This document shows positions 57,533 through 64,000 of a stretch of 64,000 nucleotides of DNA, in pieces. Below the pieces are notes generated by a model. The model worked only from the letters and a program-made list of their open reading frames with translations. It did not search any database and had not been told where the DNA came from. Each line of letters opens with the position of its first letter. Within the stretch, counting starts at the first letter, position 1. Source of the DNA: Candidatus Pacearchaeota archaeon (lineage in GTDB: Archaea > Nanobdellota > Nanobdellia > Pacearchaeales > JAPDKA01); contig JAWAFA010000001.1 of assembly GCA_038890875.1 (NCBI GenBank), forward strand, positions 419,910 through 483,909. The letters run 5' to 3'. The translations under genes and the position numbers were made by a program.

Positions 57533-58690
57533 TTATTTAAACGGGCTTATTTTTTTTAATTTTTTTATTGCCTCAGGTAACACCTCTAGAAAATAGTCTG
57601 TGTCTCTCTTTGTTGTGTACCTACCGAGCGTTACACGTAGGCTTCCATGGGCTTCTTGTGGCTTTAGACCAAGTGCAAGTAGCACGTGGCTTGGCTCAAG
57701 TGTTTTTTCACTGCAAGCACTCCCTGTACTTGTGGCTATTCCTTTTTCATTTAACATCAGCACAAGAGCCTCCCCTTCTATACCATAAAAACTAAAATTT
57801 GCATTGTTAAATATCCTCTTCTCGCGCGAGCCATTAAGTCTTACTTTTATAAAATCATAATCAAGAACTTCATCGATTATTTTATCACGAAGCTTAGCTT
57901 GCCTTTCTCCTTCTTTATCGAGGTTTTTTAAACATAACTCAATTGCTTTTGCAATTCCAACAATCCCCGGCACATTTTCAGTAGAACTTCTTAAGCCATT
58001 TTCCTGGCCTCCACCATGCAAAAGCGGCATTAGCCTAATATCAGCTCTCTTATATAAAAGAGCAGTTCCTTTTGGGCCATAAATTTTATGCCCACTTGCA
58101 CTTAGCATCCCTATGTTTAATTCTTTAACATCAAAATGCATTTTTCCAATCGCTTGAACCGCATCAGTATGGAAACAAATTCCTTTTGCATTGCAAATTT
58201 TTGCTATCTCGTCTATTGGCTGGATAGTGCCTATTTCATTATTCACAGTCATAACACTGATAAGGATAGTATCTTTTCTAATCTTTTGTTCAAGCTCATC
58301 AAGCTTAACTATCCCTTCACTATCAACATTAACAAACTCGACTTCAAAGCCCTGTTCCTTTAACCATTTAGCTGGATTTATAACTGCTTTATGCTCAATT
58401 GTGCTTATTAAAATATGCTTTCCTTTTTGCTTATTGGCTAGGGCAAAACCCTTAATTGCTAGATTATTTGCCTCTGTTCCCGAGCTTGTAAAAATTATCT
58501 CGTGAGAATTTGCATTTATCAAACGGGCAATCTTTTCTCTCGCATCATCTATGGCTTGCTTTGCTTCTTGGCCAAAGCTATGAAGTGAGCCTGGATTGCC
58601 AAACTTCTTGCTAAACCAAGGTTGCATAGCTTTTAATACTTCTTGGTCAAGCGGTGTTGTTGCAGCATAATCAAGATAAACACGCTTCAT
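57533..58690 (-). CDS. iscS: Cysteine desulfurase
   Basis: YLDYAATTP, GNPGSLH, SGTEANN, HTDAVQ, SGHKIYGPKG, STGSAC. Confidence 0.95.
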   Translation of the reverse strand: MKRVYLDYAATTPLDQEVLKAMQPWFSKKFGNPGSLHSFGQEAKQAIDDAREKIARLINANSHEIIFTSSGTEANNLAIKGFALANKQKGKHILISTIEHKAVINPAKWLKEQGFEVEFVNVDSEGIVKLDELEQKIRKDTILISVMTVNNEIGTIQPIDEIAKICNAKGICFHTDAVQAIGKMHFDVKELNIGMLSASGHKIYGPKGTALLYKRADIRLMPLLHGGGQENGLRSSTENVPGIVGIAKAIELCLKNLDKEGERQAKLRDKIIDEVLDYDFIKVRLNGSREKRIFNNANFSFYGIEGEALVLMLNEKGIATSTGSACSEKTLEPSHVLLALGLKPQEAHGSLRVTLGRYTTKRDTDYFLEVLPEAIKKLKKISPFK

Positions 58691-59030
58691 TATCAATACA
58701 AAATTTATTTATTTCTTTATTATACTTTTTACATACCTTACAAGTTATCCCTAGTTTTTTTGCCAAATCTAAAAGCAAATTAATCTCTTTCAAGAGTAAT
58801 TTTTTATTTTTAATTAATCTATTTGCAGATTTTTCAAACTCTTTTTTCATTTTATTAAATTTAACCTCTTGCCCTCGTTTTCTATGCAAATATTGGCTTA
58901 CTGCTGAAGGTGTTGTTGCCAGGATATTTGCTATCTCAGTAATCTTTGTTTTATCTTTTAATGCTTTTGCCAGATTACATTTTATGGCCGGTATGACGTA
59001 CCATGTTTCTATCTCTTGAGGGTGTATCAT
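58671..59030 (-). CDS. Archaeal HTH transcriptional regulator with C-terminal Cys motif
   Basis: PQEIE.WYVIPAI, IA.IL.TTPSAVSQYL..KRG, CKVC. Confidence 0.85.
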   Translation of the reverse strand: MIHPQEIETWYVIPAIKCNLAKALKDKTKITEIANILATTPSAVSQYLHRKRGQEVKFNKMKKEFEKSANRLIKNKKLLLKEINLLLDLAKKLGITCKVCKKYNKEINKFCIDNEACLS

Positions 59031-59057
59031 TTTAACAATTGTGAAAATCTATTTAAA

Positions 59058-59082
59058 AATCTTACTATCCAATCTTACTATC
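59058..59082. repeat. 12-bp direct repeat (aatcttactatc x2) next to the promoter of the regulator-iscS-iscU operon
   Basis: Copies at 59058-59069 and 59071-59082, next to a tttaaa box. Confidence 0.45.
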
Positions 59083-59098
59083 AAAAATACTAATTGCT

Positions 59099-59554
59099 TT
59101 ACTTCTTGCTTTGCAAAAACAAAATTCTTATTTTACCAGAATAGTTTCCATAACTCGCATTTGCTGGAACAATTGCAATTAGAGTTATAGTTTTGTTTTC
59201 CTTTGGCAATATCACTCTAGAGCTATCTTTAGCATAGACAAAGTTTGATATGTTCCCTTCTACTTCAATATTAATCTTAAAACTTTTGTTTAAACTATTA
59301 TAAATAAAAATGTCCTTTGTAGAACTTCCATTTGGTGGCACTATCCCAAAATGCACATACTCTTGAGATAAGTCAAAACCAACTTTATCGCCAACAATAA
59401 GATAAGCATCATATTCAAATATTTTGTAAACCTCTAACTTCTTTAATAAACCAATCAAACCAATAACTATTGCAATCAACAATAATAAAATTAAAATGAT
59501 TCGATATTTATCTTTTCTGTTACTTATAATAATTTTGCTTTTAGTTTGCTTCAT
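59099..59554 (-). CDS. Membrane-anchored Ig-like surface protein
   Basis: N-terminal TM; HFG.VPP; C-terminal VP.NA..GNYSG.I. Confidence 0.7.
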   Translation of the reverse strand: MKQTKSKIIISNRKDKYRIILILLLLIAIVIGLIGLLKKLEVYKIFEYDAYLIVGDKVGFDLSQEYVHFGIVPPNGSSTKDIFIYNSLNKSFKINIEVEGNISNFVYAKDSSRVILPKENKTITLIAIVPANASYGNYSGKIRILFLQSKK

Positions 59555-59555
59555 T

Positions 59556-60737
59556 TTATTTTCTTTTAAATTTCTTTTCTTCTTTTTTTCTTCTATCTTT
59601 TTTTATTTTCTTAATAATTATGACTAAAAAAGTTATAAGTATGACTATTATTATAATTAAAATTATCAAAATAACTAGCATCATATTAATTCTCTGTTTG
59701 AATCTAACTTGGCCATACGCATTTGATGTTGAATTTTTATAATATAATGTTATATTCATTAAATAATCTCCGGGTTCAATTCCTTTTGTATCAAACCAGC
59801 TTTTTACTTTTTTTCTTTCCCATGCTCCAATTTCAAACATTGGCGTCTTGAAATCCATTACTTTTGTTTTTAGATCGCTTTCCCAAACTTCAACATTGCC
59901 ATAAACATTTTCGATTTTTTCATTCCACTTGCTTTGTAACTCTAATATCAAAGGTTCTATACTCTCTACTTTGAATTCTTTGTTAAAATCAAGGATTTCA
60001 ATTAAGATATTCCCTATCTTAAATTCTTTAACATCTTCGGCAGTTTTATTATCATAATTAACAATTACTTTTGCTCTATAAATTCCTTCGTGATTGCCAG
60101 AACTGTTCCAACTTTCTTCTAGAAATTTTTCCTCATTTGCATTAATTATTATTTGATCAATTTTTTTATGATAAATTTTATTGCCCCCTTCATAAATCTC
60201 TAATTCTAGCTCCGCTTTGGCAACAACTTTTCCCATATTTTTTATTTTTATATTAAATTGTGCTGTTTCATTTATAGCAATATCCTTAGCTTCTAGTTCA
60301 ACTTTAAGATATGCTCCTTCATAAGGAACAAAAATATCAATGGGAGTTTGCACTGCTGTAAAAGCAGCCATTACCCCAACATCACTTATTGGATACTCTC
60401 GCGCCCCTATTAAAATTCGGTGCATCCCTGGAGTAAGATTAGTTGTTAATGGTAAAGTAACATATGTTGTAAATTTTTTTGCTCCGTTTATATTAATAGG
60501 TTCACTTAATTTTACAGAATTGTTAAACTCTGGATCAAGATATTTAACATAAAGTTCAAGAGCTGTGCCTGATGGCTTCATTCCTATAACATAAAAATCA
60601 AAAGATTCTTTATAACCCGGTTCAAATTGTATGTAAATTTTAGCAGGAGTTATCCCTATCCCATAAGCAAAATCTGTAGAAATTATCAAAAAAATAAGAA
60701 AAAGAAAAAAAAACATAAAGAATATTTTATTCTTCAT
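59556..60737 (-). CDS. Surface protein with three Ig-like domains and a C-terminal TM (WxLIP/DUF916-like)
   Basis: Signal peptide, GITPA, PG.H.I, IKN.G, G.Y.A...V.Y, TM helix and basic tail. Confidence 0.72.
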   Translation of the reverse strand: MKNKIFFMFFFLFLIFLIISTDFAYGIGITPAKIYIQFEPGYKESFDFYVIGMKPSGTALELYVKYLDPEFNNSVKLSEPININGAKKFTTYVTLPLTTNLTPGMHRILIGAREYPISDVGVMAAFTAVQTPIDIFVPYEGAYLKVELEAKDIAINETAQFNIKIKNMGKVVAKAELELEIYEGGNKIYHKKIDQIIINANEEKFLEESWNSSGNHEGIYRAKVIVNYDNKTAEDVKEFKIGNILIEILDFNKEFKVESIEPLILELQSKWNEKIENVYGNVEVWESDLKTKVMDFKTPMFEIGAWERKKVKSWFDTKGIEPGDYLMNITLYYKNSTSNAYGQVRFKQRINMMLVILIILIIIIVILITFLVIIIKKIKKDRRKKEEKKFKRK

Positions 60738-60789
60738 CCTAAATGATTTCTATTTTTTTACCTTTATACAATCTTTACAATCTTTAGCT

Positions 60790-61392
60790 TTAAGCTGCGG
60801 TTGCAGTTGCAGTAAACGTATCTGATCTTGCTCCTGGTAGGGCATCTGAAGGTATTACAATTCTTACGTCGACATCTACGGCATCACTTGAATCAACAAA
60901 TTGTAATGGATTACATACAGTTGTTCCAGGGCTTGTTGCATTAACATCTGTATAAGTTGTAGGTGTTATACCAATACATGCATTGGGTTCATTTACCGTC
61001 ATCTTATATTGATATGAGGGATTTGTCCCACCAAGCAACACTGTGGCATTTTTACCTGTCGCAAGCTGAAGTGTTACATTTGTGTTTCCTATGTTCTCAA
61101 TTGTAAAACCATTATTCTGAGTAGTAAAACTTGTACAATCCGCTCCATTTGTGCCTTCTGTATCAAGAGTACACGAAGAGTAACCTTCAGTAACCCAACC
61201 GCTACCCCAATTTATTACGTCATCTGTGAAATTTATTGCTGTATACCCTGTTATTGTTACGCTTAATGTTCCTGTATCGGTAACTTTGCCTCCAATTTGC
61301 CTTGGTAGAAAAATTCCAACTAACCCTATCACTATAGCTACTGCAAGTAAGATCGCTAATATATTGTTTGAAATTTCTCCTTTTCTATTCAT
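60790..61392 (-). CDS. Pilin-like/WxL-like secreted subunit with a class III-like signal peptide
   Basis: MNRKG^EIS then a hydrophobic stretch; INWG.G; IENIGN; C-terminal IPSDALPG.RSDTFT.TA. Confidence 0.7.
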   Translation of the reverse strand: MNRKGEISNNILAILLAVAIVIGLVGIFLPRQIGGKVTDTGTLSVTITGYTAINFTDDVINWGSGWVTEGYSSCTLDTEGTNGADCTSFTTQNNGFTIENIGNTNVTLQLATGKNATVLLGGTNPSYQYKMTVNEPNACIGITPTTYTDVNATSPGTTVCNPLQFVDSSDAVDVDVRIVIPSDALPGARSDTFTATATAA

Positions 61393-61420
61393 TTTTATTT
61401 TTTTATTTATATTTAGATTT

Positions 61421-61624
61421 TTATTTTGCTATAACAAATCTTACGCTAGCATGATCGTTGGTTGTTGTTGGTTTGCCTATGCCTAGCATAAGATTCCCAG
61501 TGCTTTCGCTTTCTTTTATTTCAAGAAACTTAACTTGTGGCTGAACTATGTTTACTACAAGAGAAGTTATTGCAAGCAAAAGCACGATTATAACCAAAAC
61601 TGTAAGCAAAGTTTTTGATGTCAT
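61421..61624 (-). CDS. Small membrane-anchored protein
   Basis: N-terminal TM helix and a short beta-rich tail; lies within the operon. Confidence 0.55.
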   Translation of the reverse strand: MTSKTLLTVLVIIVLLLAITSLVVNIVQPQVKFLEIKESESTGNLMLGIGKPTTTNDHASVRFVIAK

Positions 61625-61663
61625 CTTTCCTCTTTTATTCTTTTATTTGTATTTAATTATTAT

Positions 61664-62899
61664 CTATTTAATTATTTTTAAATTTTTTCTTTTACTTAAA
61701 AAATAATAAAATAAAACAAAAACAAAAATTATAAAAGTTATAACAAATACCGTAACTAATCCTATAACTGCTTTTCTAAGTAAATCACTTTCTTTAGTTA
61801 TTACATTTATTTGACCTACTTTACTTCTGCTCTCATTTAAATAAAATAAAGTTATATTTATATCATAAACACCAATAGGAATTTTTGTTTCCCAGTAAGT
61901 GCTAATTAACTTTTTTTCATTAGGAGCAAAATCATACCATGAGCTTCGTAGTTCATCAATCTCTCCGCTTTTATTATATATCTCTATTTTAGCGTAAACA
62001 TTTTTTATTTTTTTATTCCATTCACTTTTCGCTTCAATATCAAATTTGTTTACTTCATCAAAAACAAAATATCTAGTATAATCAAGAATTTCTATCACCG
62101 CATTGCCAACAACAAAATCTTTACCAATTTCAATAACATAGTTATCATAATTTATAGTAGCCGTTGCCCTATAAGTTCCATTTTTAAAATTTTCCATATT
62201 CAAAGAATTAAAGAATTCTGTTGTTTGCTTCAAGTCTAAAGATTTTTTCTCTGTTTTAACCAATTCTAAAAGTTTTTCTTCATTATCATCGGTCTGATAA
62301 ATTTCATAAGTTACAAATATAGAATCTATTCTTTCTGTTCCTTTGTTTATAACATAAGTTACTAAATCAATAGTTTCATCTGATTTTACAACATTAAAAT
62401 TAACATCAATATATTTTCCAATGTAAGGAACAAAAATTTCTACTTTTGAAATAACCTTAAGTTTAGCATAAATATTCTTAGTATCAGTTTCTTGTCCTAA
62501 TCCTCCTAAATTTAAATTTTCTTCAATTATAATTTTTCCTTCATGCTTTCCTGGAATTGAAGCAAGGTCATTGATTTTTTTAAAATGCCATTTAAATGGT
62601 TTTATTTCTTCATAGCTTTTAACAATAACTGATTTATCATCAATCTCGATATATTCTGCAAGTTCACCGCTTGCATAAATTGATAAATTTAGGTCTTTAT
62701 GTTCATTGTTTATAATATAATAAGTAAATTCATTCTCTTTTTTCAAAATTTCAACGTCAATTGACTTTACTGCAGGGCTTATCCCTAAGGCAGTTACTTT
62801 ACTTAGTAAAAAAATGAATATAATAATGAATATAATAATTACAATTAAGCTTTTTACATTTTTTCTACTTTTTTCTTTTCTTTTACTTTTTTTTACCAT
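61664..62899 (-). CDS. Surface protein paralogous to 59556-60737 (WxLIP/DUF916-like)
   Basis: LGISPA, VPY.G.Y, G.Y.A...I.Y, IEILD, SEWN.KI.NVY, G.Y..NITL.Y shared with 59556-60737; C-terminal TM. Confidence 0.72.
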   Translation of the reverse strand: MVKKSKRKEKSRKNVKSLIVIIIFIIIFIFLLSKVTALGISPAVKSIDVEILKKENEFTYYIINNEHKDLNLSIYASGELAEYIEIDDKSVIVKSYEEIKPFKWHFKKINDLASIPGKHEGKIIIEENLNLGGLGQETDTKNIYAKLKVISKVEIFVPYIGKYIDVNFNVVKSDETIDLVTYVINKGTERIDSIFVTYEIYQTDDNEEKLLELVKTEKKSLDLKQTTEFFNSLNMENFKNGTYRATATINYDNYVIEIGKDFVVGNAVIEILDYTRYFVFDEVNKFDIEAKSEWNKKIKNVYAKIEIYNKSGEIDELRSSWYDFAPNEKKLISTYWETKIPIGVYDINITLFYLNESRSKVGQINVITKESDLLRKAVIGLVTVFVITFIIFVFVLFYYFLSKRKNLKIIK

Positions 62900-62911
62900 T
62901 TTCTCTTTGTC

Positions 62912-64000
62912 TTATTCACCTATTTCAGCAGTTATTGTTATAATTGAATCTCTTGAGCCAGGAGGTTCATCACTAGGCACAATAAGCTTTATTTCGATCT
63001 CTGCCGTATCACTTTCATTTTTATACTTTAGATCGGCAATATCAATATCTATATTAGTTGCTGACATATTTGTCCAATTCATCGTTGAAAAATTTTCATT
63101 AAAACTACCACTTTCATTGATACCTATTTTATATTGATAATAACTAGTTGGATTTGGTTGCATAAGCCAAAGATCACTCCCATTAATAATGATGTCTATA
63201 ATAACATTCCCATCATTTTGCACAATGATAGGCGGAGGAGTATTGTCTGTTGTATCATTTTCTTCATTTGGCAACATTGAACTAAAATTAATACTGTTTA
63301 TTGGTAAAGAAATTATTAAAGACGATAATATTGTAAAGTTTCTTGTGGCTGACCAGCCACTATATTTTTTACCATCATAAGCACGAACTTTCCAATATAG
63401 AGTGCCTATAGGTAAATCGTTTATTGGTTCATACGAAGTTAAATTACCCCAATTTTGACTATGATTTCCCGAACCTTCTGTAATATTGGTAACATTAATA
63501 ACAATTGTATTACTTATAAAATTTGAAGAATTCGCAACAAGAAGATCATAAGTTATTATATCTCCTTCAGCATCACTTGAGTTATACCATTCGAAATTTG
63601 GTATTCTACTATAAAGTTGCGCTCCAGCATCAGGCTTATAAAGTCGCGGTACTGTTGGGGGAGTTTGCATTACTAAATAAGGAGGGGATTGATAACCAGG
63701 GATAACATAATAACTGTTGTTGAATGTGTCATTCCATATGTAATCATTTCCAGTTCCTTGCGCAACAAAGGCACTTGCCTTAAAATAGCGACAATCACCT
63801 TGATTTAAACCAGCTATTGATTCAACCATAGAGCAATTAGTTATCCCTTGGGTTACACATCCTTGGCAATAAATTATTCGTAGGCCACCAGGGCCAAAAC
63901 AAATAGGATTGACTGTATCATCAACTAAAATTAAATCAATATCGACTGTGCCATTGACATAACTAATATAAGTTGCATCATTACTAACATTAGTACAGCT
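62912..64000 (-). CDS. Large surface glycoprotein (FN3-like plus C-terminal WxL-like domain); 5' end outside the window
   Basis: Frame is open from 64000 to the stop at 62912; D.EGD.I.Y, YWKVRAYDG; C-terminal INF..QNDGN..VPSDEPPG.R.S.ITITA resembles 60790-61392. Confidence 0.75.
   Translation of the reverse strand, partial: SCTNVSNDATYISYVNGTVDIDLILVDDTVNPICFGPGGLRIIYCQGCVTQGITNCSMVESIAGLNQGDCRYFKASAFVAQGTGNDYIWNDTFNNSYYVIPGYQSPPYLVMQTPPTVPRLYKPDAGAQLYSRIPNFEWYNSSDAEGDIITYDLLVANSSNFISNTIVINVTNITEGSGNHSQNWGNLTSYEPINDLPIGTLYWKVRAYDGKKYSGWSATRNFTILSSLIISLPINSINFSSMLPNEENDTTDNTPPPIIVQNDGNVIIDIIINGSDLWLMQPNPTSYYQYKIGINESGSFNENFSTMNWTNMSATNIDIDIADLKYKNESDTAEIEIKLIVPSDEPPGSRDSIITITAEIGE

Noticed and set aside
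935..63705. Many short ORFs antisense to or nested in recognised genes (e.g. 935-1120, 2465-2752, 7872-8276, 10339-10752, 36592-37059, 41685-42119)
   Set aside because: Shadow ORFs of AT-rich coding strands, F/S/I/L-rich with no motifs, overlapping well-supported genes
1..64000. Alternative genetic code or stop-codon recoding
   Set aside because: Conserved genes are full length under code 11 and end at TAA, TAG or TGA as expected

Overview
An AT-rich, gene-dense archaeal chromosome segment. The gene content (aIF5B, aIF2-gamma, S6e, L35Ae, aEF-1alpha, R15P isomerase, fragmented r-protein operons, many TATA-led short-leader genes) suggests a DPANN archaeon, probably Pacearchaeota/Woesearchaeota-like; the taxon is an inference. 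The housekeeping genes are a partial class II RNR, gyrB/gyrA, SecY and r-proteins, OFOR alpha/beta, MetRS, Kae1, YchF and IscS/IscU, plus three tRNAs: Pro-CGG, Glu-TTC and an intron-containing Ile-TAT. The most striking accessory element is an adjacent gene pair encoding a RelA/SpoT-type HD hydrolase (34275-35402) and a divergent RelA/SpoT-type synthetase (33194-34273), heading an operon. This is a candidate archaeal alarmone or toxSAS-antitoxin system. Other highlights are a beta-barrel-like protein next to a 1923-aa adhesin, a WxL/WxLIP-like surface cluster at the right end, a frameshifted transglutaminase-like gene, a tandem array of four related membrane proteins, an AbiEii-like nucleotidyltransferase with operator-like repeats, an HD-GYP-like protein next to a structured intergenic element, and a tandem-repeat Cc1-like chromatin protein. 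I saw no CRISPR array, rRNA or transposase. All calls come from reading motifs; no searches were run.
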